Shown here: positions 1 through 12,922 of the stretch, in pieces
Layout: each line of letters starts with the position of its first letter
Position numbering within the stretch: position 1 is the stretch's first letter
Assembly: GCA_030390025.1 (NCBI GenBank)
Contig: CM059433.1
Span: 23,686,001 to 23,750,000 of the forward strand
Source: Squalus acanthias
Taxonomy: Eukaryota
Length of the DNA stretch: 64,000 nucleotides
Direction: 5' to 3'
Position numbers and translations under genes: made by a program
Notes under the pieces: generated by a model
The model's input: the letters and a program-made list of their open reading frames with translations, nothing else
The model's database searches: none
Told to the model about the DNA's origin: nothing

Positions 1-330
1 CAATAGAAAGTAGAAGGTAGTGAGAAATGGAAAAGTTCTGAGGGCAGTGATTACTCAGGTTCTGCAAGAATCCATCTGGATCCCCTGCTGTTCATACGAT
101 TCATAAATGACGTGGGCACATGTACTTTTCAGTAAGATAACACTTACTGATGAAACTCAGCTCCGTTCTCAAGTGAAGAGTATGAGAGACACTGTCAAAG
201 GGATTGGGACCAATTAGATGGCTGGGTTAAGGACAAAGAGATGGATATTGATGTAGGTAAATATATAATCATACACATTGGAACGGGAAATATTAAATAT
301 ATATAAAAGCGAAAGTATAAGATGCTGGAT
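1..330 (+). mobile_element. Highly degraded CR1/L2-type LINE reverse-transcriptase fragment
   Basis: Relics of the '[14 protein letters not shown].iFIND...SK..DdT.L' RT motif (cccctgctgttcatacgattcataaatgac); no open frame. Confidence 0.5.
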
Positions 331-415
331 AAATTCAGGCCAACTTATCCACCGCAGTTTGTCCTTCTTTAAAATATTGTCTTCTCTGTAATGATGGCCA
401 CCTATACATTCACAG

Positions 416-540
416 AAAGGTCATCGACCTGAAACGTTAACTCTCTTTCTCTCTCCACGGATGCTGCCTGGCCTGCTGAGTTTTTCCAGCGTTTTCTGTT
501 GTTATTTCGGATTTCCAGCATCCGCAGTATTTTGCTATCG
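416..540 (+). mobile_element. Penelope-like element terminal (pLTR) fragment with a 5'-truncated hammerhead motif
   Basis: aaggtcatcgacctgaaacgttaactct...gatgctgcctggcctgctgag; related copies at 23077 and 45155; flanked by the 13-bp direct repeat tatacattcacag (403-415 and 541-553). Confidence 0.75.
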
Positions 541-1384
541 TATACATTCACAGTGGTTGACCCATATGCATACACAAGCCACACAATAGCAGGTATGAGT
601 GAGTGAACTGATCATTTTTAGTTTGGATTGTACGGCACTAATTTGTGATGAAAGTTTCTGAAAAGATTTGCCTGTTGAGCACTGAATTAGTGATGTTTTC
701 AGTGCTGATTTAACAAGGTTGACACAGAAATATAAACAGGTCTGAACCACCAGACTGCGTGATGTCAGGTATATCAACTAAAAGCAGGTGTTTTTAACGT
801 TGCTTCACTGAAAACTGGAAGAGATGGGTTTGTTTGTTTTTTAAAAAAAGGGGACAAAATTTGTAATCCAATTCTAGTAATTTACAGATGAGCTGACTTC
901 AGTAAAGACCTTGGCAGTTGGAACAAGTAAAACAACTTGCCTGACAATGCATTCTGGAAAAGAGCCAAATATTTGTCTTTCAGATTTTTTTCACATTTCT
1001 GTCAGTACAGTAATACCACAATGCCATCTTCTGTACAAAGCAGTACTAACACATTCTGTAAAACACAATTCTGTAGCCTTTTTATAACAATAACTATTTT
1101 TTAAATTCGTCGTCTCCCTCTTTTGAAGGTGCTAACCAGATGGGATAAAAGGACCGATTTCCCCAATCCTGGAAAAGGTGCTCTAATATGCTCCCACATT
1201 AGAGGGGAGGGGAGCTGGGAGACTACATTGACAGACTGAATCTGGTGAGATCAGCTCATTTATATAATTGTCTGTGCTTACTGTATGTTTTCCACATGTG
1301 CAAGGAATGCTATGGTTCACTCACTCGGTTAACATATTCAGTAAACACCTATGCTCCGCTGCTTGTCAGACTGGAAGGAATATG

Positions 1385-2415
1385 CAGTGGCGTGGGTGTC
1401 CTGCATGGGTCGGTATTAGGACCACTGCTCTTTTTGATATATATTAATGACGTGGACCTGGGTATAGAGGGCATCATTTCAAAGTTTGCAGATGACACAA
1501 AGCTTGGAAATGTAGTAACCAGTGAGAAGGAGAGTAACAGGGAGGACATAGTCTGGTGAGATGGGCAGACATATGGCAGATGAAATTTAATGCAGAGAAG
1601 TGTGAAGTGATGCACTCTGGAAAGAAGATTGAGGAGAGGCAATAGAAACTAAATGGTCTAATTTTAAAGGGGGTGCAGGAACAGAGAGACCTGGGGGTTT
1701 ATGCACAGAAATCTTTGAAAGTGGTAGAACACGTTGATGAGGCCGTTAAAAAAAGCATATGGGATCCTTAGCTTTATATATATATAGAGGAATAGAGTAC
1801 AAAAGCAAGAAAGTTATGCTAAACCTTTATAAATCACTGGTTAGGCCTCAGCTGGAGTATTGTGTCCAATTCTGAGCACCACACTTTAGGAAGGATATCA
1901 AGGCCTTGGAGAGGGTATGGAGGAGATTTACTAGAATGATACCAGGATGAGGGACTTCAGTAATGTGGAGAGGCTAGAGAAACTGGGATTGTTCTCCTTA
2001 GTGCAGAGAAGGTTAAGGGGAGATTTAATTGAGGCGTTCAAAATTATGAAGGGTTTTGAAAGAGTAAATAAGGAGAAACCATTTCCACTGGCAGGAGGGT
2101 CGATAACCAGAGGACACAGATTTAAAGTAATTGGCAAAAGAGGCAGGGGGGAGATGAGGAGAATTTTTTTTATGCAGTGAGTTACTATGATATGGAATGC
2201 ACTGCTGAAAGGGTGGTGGAAGCAGATTCAATAGTAACTTTCAAAAGTGAATTGGATAATTACTTGTAGGGGAGAAAAATGAAGAGCTATGGGGAAAGAG
2301 CAGGGGAGTGGGACTAGATGATGAGAGAGTTGGATAACTCTTTTAAAGAGCCGGCACAGGCATGATGGGCCGAATGACCTCCTTCTGTGCTGTAAGATTC
2401 TATGATTCTCTGATT
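1385..2415 (+). mobile_element. CR1 LINE, 5'-truncated 3' end
   Basis: [27 protein letters not shown] motif, LEKLGLFSL..RRLRGDLIE C-terminal motif, (attctatg)-type tail; stops and frameshifts. Confidence 0.92.
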
Positions 2416-2544
2416 GATATGTGGGTAATCTGGAGTGTAGCAACTCTTAAAGGGCTGCTGCTCTTAAAGGGTTGTTGCTTATTTCTTTGGATGCAGACTG
2501 TTGTGGCTGACTGTGGTGAAAAGGATGGCTATGTTCCTGGGGCC

Positions 2545-2830
2545 AATTGCCAGAACTAGCTTATTCACTGAGAAGACTCTGGATGTCCAGTTGGAGGAGG
2601 TGCAGATGAGAGAGGTCATCATTTTAGAACCTGAATGGAACCCTCATAACCAGGGCAATTTTCAGAAAGTATGACAAGAGGTAGCCAACAGAATCAATAC
2701 AGTCTCCCATATATTAGTTCACAGGAGCGGGTAAGGAAGAAGTGCTCCAGCCTGAGGAAGAATGCCAAGGTATGGTTGACTAAGGTGTGCCAACTCAAAT
2801 TAAATGAATGCCTGTACTGTGCATGCATCA
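2545..2830 (+). pseudogene. Relic of a Harbinger Myb/SANT-like partner gene exon 1
   Basis: Degenerate 'F.EKTLD..LEEV..RE.II...KV*QEVA.RI...R...Q.RKK', resembling exon 1 at 62490-62726. Confidence 0.35.
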
Positions 2831-3166
2831 AGCACTGAGCCCACAACATGGTGCCACAATGCAGCATGAAAAATACTGGCCAAAACTTCACATCTTAACA
2901 ACCATGGAGGGAGTAACTTTGGTGGAAGATGAGTGGAAACCTTTCAAAAATTATTTAAATGGTCATTTCTTTAGCCATTTCTCTTGGAGTTCTGCTGATC
3001 TCCCATCTGAGAACCCCTGTGGAAATTCCAGATGTCTGTCTTTAAAGTTTTAGTTCCAACTTGATAGCTACCAAAGAAAACAGGCTTCCTTTGCCTCATA
3101 CAACTATTGCATGTTTTGTCAACAAGTCCGCATGGCACCTCAAACTTCTTGCATATTGTGTAGTCA

Positions 3167-3492
3167 TGTTGGAGGTGCCGTCTTTCGGCTGAGATGTTAA
3201 AGCGAGGCCCCGTCTGCCCTCTCAGGTGGATGTGAAAGATCCCATGGCACTATTCGAAGAAGAGCAGGGGAGTTCTCTCTGGTGTCCTGGCTAATATTTA
3301 TCCCTTAATCAACACCTAAAAACAGATTATCTGGTCATTATCACATTGCTGTTTGTGGGACCTTGCTGTGCGCAAATTGGCTGCCATATTTCCTACAGTG
3401 ACTACACTTCAAAAGTTCTTCATTGGCTGTAAAGCGTTTTGGGACATGCTGAGGTCATGAACGGCACTATATAAGTGCAAGTCTTTCTTTCT
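3167..3492 (+). mobile_element. Deu-domain SINE (SacSINE1/AmnSINE1-like), 5'-truncated
   Basis: Core gccgtctttcgg..gaggccccgtctgccctctcaggtgga..aaagatcccatggcactatt and tail tatataagtgcaagtctttcttt, shared with the other copies in the window. Confidence 0.85.
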
Positions 3493-4872
3493 CCGTTCAT
3501 GCCTTCACACAAGGTGAAATGAAGGACGTGAACTAGGGTGCACCTCATGTTACACCCAAATGTCAAAAGTGTTTGTTTTTAAAAGAGAAGGCTGCCCACA
3601 ATCATCAAAAGTGAACCCTTACAGGTGGCAGCCCAGCCAACCTGCGCTACCTCTGCCTCCTCAAAGAGCTGTCCCTACAAAAGGATGTGAGCGAGAGAAA
3701 ACTTGGTGCCATCCCAAAAAGTTAAGGGCTCTCTGCAACTTATTCTCGCTTGCCCTTCAAGCTCACTCATTAAGTAATATGTTACTACCTCTGCCCAGAA
3801 GATATATGGTAATATTGGTCTTGTTGCTGTACAGAGAATGCTACCCAGCATATCCTGTGCTAACGCATGTTCTTTTTCTCTGTAGGTAGGGTCCTCCCGA
3901 ATGCTGTCCCTCTTACTATGGGTGAGCAGGGACCTGGCATTTACATGAGTGCACGTCAAGTACTCCAGACTCTGCAAGCACCAACTCACAAAGATTCCTC
4001 TCAAGGAGATCTGATACAGAGGGTCAGGAGGGAGCATCTGGTAAAGCACCCAGCACAAGTGGTTCCTGGGCTGATCCTAAATCAGTGCCAAAGGCTGAAG
4101 TCTAAGCACACTTACCTTTCTTGCCTCTGCCTGAACCCCTCCAAATCCATGACAATTATTGGCAGGCACAGTGAAAAGCTATTGTTGAGCAGTGCGATTA
4201 GAGCTGAGGTTGGCAGATGCTGTGGTTAGAGATTTGTGCAGAAATAGTTTGCATTAAGTTTGTGACTATGGTGATGCCTATGCACACTATTGGTACTTAC
4301 TCAAAAGAAATTTAAAATTACACAATTACCGAATCAGGCATGCAGTGATTGCGGAGCTTGGGCCCACCTACCTGAATCCACAAGATGTGCACATGGAATG
4401 CACAGGTGCACTTCACAAGTGTACCAGTGGGAAATTGGCCTTATGAGTCCAGGGCTGCTGGGAGCTCTGTGGCCCCTTGTCCAAGGCTACTCGTCATGTT
4501 TGATCCTAAATAATAAGTACCAGCAGGATATTTTATTAGGGGATATCACGACTGAGCCCAGTTTTGTTGCCATCTAACATCAACACATACCCTGCTTACA
4601 GCAGGGGGTCACAGGATAGAGGTTAATATGCAGGAGCCCTGGCTAAAATATTCCCTCTTTAACCCAGGAAAATTTATGCTAATTTTAGCCCATCATCTTG
4701 GCTGAGATTGGCGAACTCAGCGTAAATCAGGATCAAATACATAAGCTTTCTGATCTTCAAGGCTAAGTTCCACAGTGGGCACTGAATGTACCATCTAAAC
4801 CACTGGAGAGATGGCAAGCAATCTCTAATTCTAAAGTGCAATCAGTACTAGAAGTTACTAGAATCTATTATT

Positions 4873-6188
4873 AGGGACAGAATGAACTGATCAGAGAGAG
4901 CCTGCATGGGTTTGTAAAGGGTAAATCATATCTAACGAACATAGTTGATTTCTTTGAGGAGATCACTAACATGGTAGATAAGAGAGTGTCTATAGACGTT
5001 GTTTACATGGACTTCCAGAAGGCATTCGAAAGGTTCCACACAAGAGACTGTTAACAAAAATTAGAGGACATGACATTGGAGGCAACCTAATGACATGGGT
5101 AGGGAATTGGTTAGGAGGTAGGAGACAGAGAGTTGGGATAATGGGTATGTACTCAAATTGGCAGGATGTGACTAGTGGTGTCCCCTAGGGATCTGTACTG
5201 GGACCTCAGCTTTTCACTATATTTATAAATGACTTAGATGAAGGAACAGAGAGCCATATATCTAAGTTTGTTGACAATACCAAGTTAGAGGCACAGTAAA
5301 TAGTGTAAATGGTAGCAGAAAGTTGCAAAGGGACATTAACAGATTAAGTGACTGGGTAAAACTATGGCAGATGGAGTTTAATGTGGGGAAGTGTGAGGTT
5401 ATCCACTTTGAAACTAAGAAAGATAGATCAGAGTATTTTCTAAATGGTGAGAAGCTAGGAACTATGGAGGAGCAGAGGGATTTAGGGGTCCATGTAGAGA
5501 AATCACTAAAAGCTAGTGGACAGGTACAAATAATAATTCAAAAGGCTAATGGAATGTTTGCTTTTATCTCAAGGGGGCTGGAATACAAAGTGGATGTTAT
5601 GTTATATTTATAAAAATCTCTGGTTGGACACCATTTAGTGTACTGCATTCAATTCTGGACACCGCACCTCAGGAAGGATATATTGGCCTTGGAGGAGTTG
5701 CGCAGATGCACCAGAATGATACCAGGGCTAAACAGGTTAAATTATGAGGACAGGTTGCATAGACTAGGCTTGTATTCCCTTGAATATAGAAGATTAAAGT
5801 TAAGGTGATCTAATTGAGGTATTTAAGATGATTGATGGAGTTGATAGGGTTGATAGAGAGAAACTATTCCTCTGGTGAGGGAGTCCAGAACAAGGGGGCA
5901 TAACCTTACAATTAGAGCTAGGCCATTCAGGGTGATGTCAGAAAGCACTTCATCATACAAAGGGTAGTGGAAATCTGGAACTCTCTCTCCAAAAAGCTGT
6001 TGAGGCTGGGGGGTCAATTGAAAATTTCAAAACTGAGATTGATAGATTTTTGTTAGGCAAGGGCAATAAGGATTATGGAACTAAGATGGCTGGATGGAGT
6101 TGAGATACAGATCAGCCATGACCTAATTGGATGGCAGAACAGGCTCAAAGGGCTGAATGGCCTTCACCTGTTCCTATGGCCCTATGTA
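4873..6188 (+). mobile_element. CR1 LINE, 5'-truncated
   Basis: HGF.KG.S..TN, DFQKAF, WQMEFNVGKCEVIHF motifs; CR1 3' UTR ending cctgttcctatg. Confidence 0.9.
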
Positions 6189-7241
6189 TATCTGTTAGTG
6201 AAATAATATCAGTAGGTAAGTCTCAACTGAAGAGAAAATTAATACAGATAGCTTTCAATTCTATTGTTGCTAGATAAATTTGTTCAATAATGGAGAAATC
6301 AATATTAATGAATCTTGCTGAGTTTTCTAAAGCTTCCAGCAAAACCACCATGATAGTGTGCAATATTTGTGTAAGATGAATAGGGTGAAGTACAATATCT
6401 TGAGTAGCTATTAACAAGGAATGTCACTGAAGCAATGACAGATTGTGATTAAAGATTCCAGCAGCCATGCGTGGAGAATTGGCTTTGAGTACTGTTTGTT
6501 AATATTCAGTTTTCAGACTGGATTCCAAATGTCAATGAATATTGGATCATCTTCTTTGTCTGTCACTTTATCTCCTTGGGGTCTGTGTCATTGATTTTTT
6601 TAAATATTTTCCTTTCGAATTTGGCACAAATAGTGATTAATTTGATGAAATTTCAATTTGGTTAAAATGTTTAATGCGAATAGACTTGTATTTCGCTTTA
6701 CATATCATACACCTAATTCACCTTTGGTTGTTCTATTAAAAAACTGGGTAATTGAAGAACCAGAAAATATAAGGTTACATGTTTCCAAATATTTCCAATC
6801 AAATATGATACATGTATAATATTTTCGTTGGCCCTTAGAGTCTCTCAATCTGACTCTTGGTGCAGACTCTGACTTTCTTTTTCATTATTAATTTTGAGTA
6901 CTGTGCTAAACCTAGCTGAAACTTTCAGTATAACTTTATAAATTAAAGCAATTATTAACACGGAAAGGAAGAGCAAGCTATCAATTACTGTATATGGTTG
7001 CACACGTCATGCTGGAATCAGGTGAACAATACACAAAAGGCCTATTTCAGCAGTCTACCACTGAAATAGCCAATCTATATACTGCTAAATCCAGTGACTT
7101 GTCTACATTCCCTGTTATCATCCTATTTCATTTGTTATTCGCTAGCATCAATTTGGTCTTCTCTGAGATTATATTTCAAGACAGCTTTACCATATTGAAA
7201 TATTCAACTTTGAAAAATTTCCAGTATCTCAAAATCATTAC

Positions 7242-7268
7242 TATATATATATATATATATATATATAT
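7242..7268. repeat. (TA)n microsatellite at a SINE tail
   Basis: Directly visible. Confidence 0.9.
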
Positions 7269-7665
7269 TTCTATAGCATCTTTCACGACTTCAGGACGTC
7301 CCAAAGTGCTTCACAGCCAATTAAGTGCTTTTTTAAAGTGCAGTCACTTGTAATATAGGAAACGTGGCAGCCAATTTGCACACAGCAAGATCCCACAAAT
7401 CGCAATGAGATGATGACCAGATCATTTGTTTTTAGTTGTTGGTTGAGGGATAAATAAATAGCAGGAGGACCCCCCTGCTCTTCTTTGAAATAGTGCCATG
7501 GGATCTTTTACACCCACTTGAGAGGACAGACGGAGCCTCAGTTTAGCATCTCATCGGGAAGACGGCACCTCTGACAGTGCAGCACTCCCTCAGTACTGCA
7601 CTGGAGTTTCAGTCTAGATGTTGCGCTCGAGTCCCTGGAATGGGACTCAGAAGTGAATGTGCTAC
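7262..7665 (-). mobile_element. Deu-domain SINE
   Basis: Reverse-complement match to the 22459-22925 family. Confidence 0.85.
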
Positions 7666-7917
7666 ATTAAATGGTCAAAATAGTCAACGTGTGCTGCTGT
7701 CAAACACTGGAAATATAATCTGAGTATGGACACTATGTGGTATTACAATTCGTGCTCAGTTTACAAACATAGTTTGCAGTACTCGTGATGTAATGAATAT
7801 TGAATGACGATGTTGGAGCACAGCAGATAACTATTTCTATGGTGACGATTGCTTCATACCAAACAACATTTCTCTGCTTAATAGATTAATTACCAGTTTC
7901 ATTTATCCAAGTTATAC

Positions 7918-8205
7918 TGAGTTGGCAAATGAAATTCAACACAGATAAATGTGAAGTATTACAGTTTGGTAAGTAAAATAGGGAGATCACATATTACTTG
8001 GAAAATATGAAGCTAAGTGGGGTGGAAGAGCAAAGGGATCTCAGAGTACAAATACACAAATCACTAAAAGTAGCGACACAGGTTAACAAGGCCATAAAAA
8101 AGCAAACCAAGCACTAGGGTTTATTTCTAGAGGGATTAAATTGAAAAGTCGAGAAGTTATGTTAAACTTGTATCGAACCTTGGTTAGACCATACTTGGTG
8201 TACTA
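7918..8205 (+). mobile_element. CR1 LINE internal fragment
   Basis: WQMKFNTDKCEV...KKANQALGFISRG...RTLVRP motifs; abuts tail-to-tail a similar minus-strand copy. Confidence 0.8.
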
Positions 8206-8208
8206 CCT

Positions 8209-10086
8209 TACATAGGATTACATAGAATCTACAGCACAGAAACAGGCCATTCGGCCCAACCAGTCCAGTCCGGCGTTTATGCTCCACTCGAGCCTCCTCC
8301 CATATTTCATCATCTAACACTATCAGCATAACCCTATATTTCCTTCTCCCTCATATGCTTATCTAAACGCCCCTTTAATGTATCTATACTATTCGCCTCC
8401 ACCACTCCCTGTGGTAGCGAGTTCCACATTCTCACCACTCTCTGGGTAAAGAAGTTTCTTCTGAATTCCCTATTTGATTCTGGGTGACTATCTCATATTG
8501 ATGGCCTTTAGTTTTGCTCTTCCCCACAAGTGGAAACACTCTATCTGTGTGTATACTATCAAAATCTTTCATAACTTTAAAGAGAAAAGAGACCCAGCCT
8601 GTTCATCCTTTCTGATAGGTATAACCTTGCATTTCTGGTATCATCCTTGTAAATCTTTTTTGCACCCTCTCCAGTGCCTCTATATTCTTTTTATGTAACG
8701 GCGATCAGAATTGCACACAGTACTTCAAGTGTGGTCTAACCAAGGTTCGATACAAGTTTAGCATAACTTCTCTACTTTTCAATTCTATCCCTCTAGAAAT
8801 AAATTCTAGTGCTTGGTTTGCTTTTTTTATGATGTGGAGATGCCGGTGTTGGACTGGGGTGGACAAATGTGAGAAGTCGCACAACACCAGGTTATAGTCC
8901 AACAGCTTTATTTGAAATCACAAGCTTTCGGAGCGCTGCTCCTTCGTCAACTGACGAAGGAGCAGCGCTCCAAAAGCTTGTGATTTCAAATAAAGCAGTT
9001 GGACTATAACCTGGTGTTGTGCGACTTCTCACATTTGCTTTTTTTTATGGCCTTATTAACCTGACCTGCTACTTTTCATGATTTGTGTATTTGTACTCAG
9101 AGATCCCTTTGCTCTTCTACCCCATTTAGATTCTTATTTTACAAGTAATATGTGACCTCCTTATTTTTCTTACCAAAATGTAATACCTCACATTTATCTG
9201 TGTTGAAATTCATTTGCCAATTATATGCCCATTCTGCAAGTTTATTAGTGTCTTGTAATTTTTTGCAGTCCTCCTCAGTGTTGACTACCACCACCCCCCC
9301 CCCCCCCACCACCCCCCACCACCACCACCAATTTGGTGTCATCGCAAATTTAGAAATTGTGTTTTTGATTCCAAAGTCTAAATCGTTATTAGAAATTGTG
9401 AACAACATTGGTCCCAGCACTAATCCCTGTAGGACACCACTTTCCACCTTCTGCCACTCTGAACAGCTACCCTTTACCCCTACTCTCTGTTTTCTGTCTT
9501 GAAGCCAGCTAGCTATCCAATCTGCTACTTGTCCCTTGACTCCGTATTCTCTGATCTTAGTCATTAGTCTATTATGTGGTACCTTATCGAAGGCCTTTTG
9601 GAAATCTAGATAAATTACATCTACCACATTACCCTTGTCTACTCTCTCTGTTACCTCTTCAAAGAATTAAATGAGGTTGGTCAAGCAAGACTTTCACTTT
9701 TGAAATCCATGCTGACTGTTCATTATTATATTTTTGTTTTCTAGATGTTCTATTTTTTTCCTTTAGTAGGGATTCCATTATTTTTCCTACCACCGATGTT
9801 AAGCTGACTGGTCTATAGTTCCCTGGACATGATCTATCTCCCTTCTTAAATATAGATATTGCGTTCGCTATCCACCAGTCCTCTGGCATACACCTTTTTC
9901 TAATGAATTATTAAATATGTGTAATAGTGCATCTGCTATCTCTTCCCTCGATTCTTTTAAAATGCGCAGATGTAATCCATCCGAACCAGGGGTTTATTGA
10001 GTTTGATTAGTTTATTTAATATTTCTCCTCTTTTTATTTTAAATGCAGTTATATAATTTCTAATCTCATCTTTCAATGTCATGTCT
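8209..10086 (-). mobile_element. CR1 LINE, 5'-truncated, interrupted by a Penelope palindrome
   Basis: ORF-track pieces [43 protein letters not shown]1 3' UTR at about 8210-8300. Confidence 0.9.
8832..9037. mobile_element. Penelope-like inverted terminal duplication (174-bp hairpin, 8864-9037) with hammerhead-like cores
   Basis: Arms caaatgtgagaagtcgc...ccttcgtca / tgacgaagg...gcgacttctcacatttg with 2 mismatches; flanked by a ttgc(t)7-8atg duplication of the CR1 target. Confidence 0.8.
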
Positions 10087-10466
10087 TTAGTGGCTAACAT
10101 AAAAGGGAAGCCAAAATACTTTTATAAACATAAGTAAAGGGTAGTCAAAGGAAGGGTGGGGCCGATTAGGAACCAAATAGGAGATCTTCTTGTGAAGGCA
10201 GAGGGCATGGCTGAGGTACTTTGCACCTGTATCCACTAAAGAAGAGGATGCTGCCAATGTCACAGTAAAGGAGGAGGTAGTAGAGAAATTGAGTAGGATA
10301 AAAATAGATAAAGAGGAGGTACTTATAAGGTTGGTAGCACTCAAAGTAGAAAAGACACTCGGTCCAGTTGGGATGCATCTTAGTTTGCTGAGAGAAGTAA
10401 GGGTGGAATTTGTGGAGGCTCTGGGCACAATCTTCCAATCCTATTTAAATATGGGAATGGTGCCAG
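10087..10466 (+). mobile_element. CR1 LINE ORF2 internal fragment
   Basis: NIKG.PK.FYK.I...K.LGP.GMH..LLREV..E..EAL..IFQS.L..GMVP. Confidence 0.8.
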
Positions 10467-12891
10467 TGAAGGGATAATTTAGGCCTACCCCGGATCAGGC
10501 GTATTCCTCAGACGTTCACTTTCAACTAAAGTTTGAGGTAGCCGAATCCTAAAGACGCTTAATTGCGTCTAAAGGTCCGGACTATCTCTCCCTAAAGGAA
10601 AGGAACAACCTGAAAATGTTACCGTCCTCCAGATAGCACTTTTAATAAGTTTAGCTAGACCGTAACATTCCGGATATTATGAGGGTCCGGAAAACTCCCC
10701 CAGAATTCTGCAACTCCTCACCAAAGAGTGTACAGAGATTGAGTTCGTGAGTTTGATACACAAGTCTTGTGTGAGATAATTCTAAAAATATATAGATTTA
10801 TTAAAGAACCGACATGTAATTTACAGTTGGTGAGTCAATCGCAACATTAACAGTTCCAAAAAGAGAAAGCTTACAATTCTATTATCAGAGAACCTTACTC
10901 TCAAATCTTAACTTCGCTACAGTTTTACAGTTCTTAAAGTTCTATTCAGGATATCCACCAAAATCAAATACCTTTGATTCCTGAGGTACAAAGAGTTGAC
11001 GACTTACAGAGCTGCCTCTGAAGCCGAGAATCGCTTTGCCCCTTTAAAGCGAGTCTACTATCCCATTTGAGAGTTCAATATTTATACCCTTTTCCAGTGG
11101 TATTTCCTTTAAGGTTTTCTGCTGATGTAAGCTAATTATCTCTAGTCAGTTTTCTGCTGACCCCTGCAATTCTTACAGTCACCTCAGCTGGTAGCATTAC
11201 AGAATTATGTCTCTTCTCTAGGTGTTCTAAGTTTACCATAAAAACAGTGTAACAGCAGGTGTGTTTTTTACTTGATGTAATTTTTACGAAGCCAGATGTT
11301 TCTTACTTTTATGTGCTTCTTTATGAAGTGTAAATTAGAACACCTTGTACAGGGTGAACCATTGTTTCATTCCGAAAGGTTCAGCCTATTAAAGAACCGA
11401 CATTTAGTTAACAGCTGGTATGGCAATCACAACTTTAACCGTTCAAAATACAAATAGCTTACATTTCTTATCAGAGATCCTTATTCTCAAATCTTAACTT
11501 CGTTACATTTCCACACTTCTACTTATTTCTTAATCCAGAATATCCACCAAAATCAAATACCTTGATTACCCAAGACTCAGAGTTGTAGGCCTACAGAGTG
11601 GTTCTGAAGACGAGAATCACTCTGCCCCTTCCCAGTGACTTCTGACTCTCTATCTGAAAAGCTCTATTTTTATACCTTTTTTTAGTGGTTTATTCTTTGA
11701 AGTTTTCTGCTGATGTAAGCTAATTATCTCTAGTCATTCTCTATTGAATTCTTTTCTATTCTTACTGTAATTTCAGCTGCCAACTTTTAGAATTCTGTCT
11801 CTACCTTTAGGTGTTCATATCTTATCATAAAATATGGTATAACAGATTTATCTCTTTGATGCCATTCTTAGCAAGGTTTTCCATTCAATTGTTAAATCAC
11901 TTTAGCTGCTTGTATTACAGACGTCGTGTCTCCTAACTGTTCCATTTTCAATACAAACACAATGTGATTGCTTGGTGTCATCTATTGATATTATATCTTC
12001 AAAGTATTCTTTGTAACTTTTACAATTTGTAAATTAAAAACACTTCAACCAGGGTGTTTTTTGCATTTCTTATTTACTTCAATTGGTTGTATTAAGAATC
12101 ATGTCTCCTTGTTCTAAGTTTAACATAAAACTATTTTATGGCAGGTATTTCTTTTACTTGATGTCATTTTTTCAAAGGCACTTGTTTTTTTAATGTTCTG
12201 TGCACCTGTTCGACATGTTAGATTTTGACACTTTAAACTGGGTAATGGTATTGTGTTGTTCCAAACTGCAGACTCCTTGGAACCTACAACCCTCTGTTTC
12301 AATGAGGCCATTGTCTTAGTATTTACAACCATTCTTTATCTCAAAAGCATGTGTGGTGTTTACAACTTTTGTGTTAACACTTTGGGCTGGATTTTCAATG
12401 ACCCGTGGAGTCGGGTTTGGAGGCATGTGGGGGGTTAAAGTTGCAGATTCGGGGGTCCCGACCCCATCCTGACTCCATTCCGCCTCCATGCAATTTTGAC
12501 AAAATCGGTCGCGGGGTTCCCGACTCGTCCCGCCTCCAAGAGGCGGGAGAGGCCATTAAAGCCCTTAACAAGCCCTAAATTGGCTCTGTAATGCCATTTT
12601 GAAACATTTTAGCTAGTTTAACCCTTTTCCGACGTGAAGTACGCCTGATGTGAAACACGCCAGTGAAACCTGGCGGGAGCACAAGTGGACAGCTGACTAT
12701 CAGCTGCAGGTCCACTATTACAACGGAGATGTGATGAAGGTAGTAGTAGTATTGTGCTGAAGGTAGTCGTAGTATTAGGTCTGAAAGTCGCCTCTGATGC
12801 TGCTGCATTGAATGTCTTCAGAGACTGCCTGGGAGGACTTGGTTGGAAAAAAAATTATATCTCTCTCTCTCGCTCTCTCACTCTGTCTCTC

Positions 12892-12922
<31 letters not shown>

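Noticed and set aside
10452..10466. PBS-like TGGCACC following the minus-strand LTR-like end
   Set aside because: Fully explained by the CR1 coding sequence (GMVP); the match is too short
8209..10466. Twin-priming inversion of a single CR1
   Set aside because: The opposite-strand pieces overlap the same ORF2 regions, and the 10087-10466 piece looks like a different subfamily
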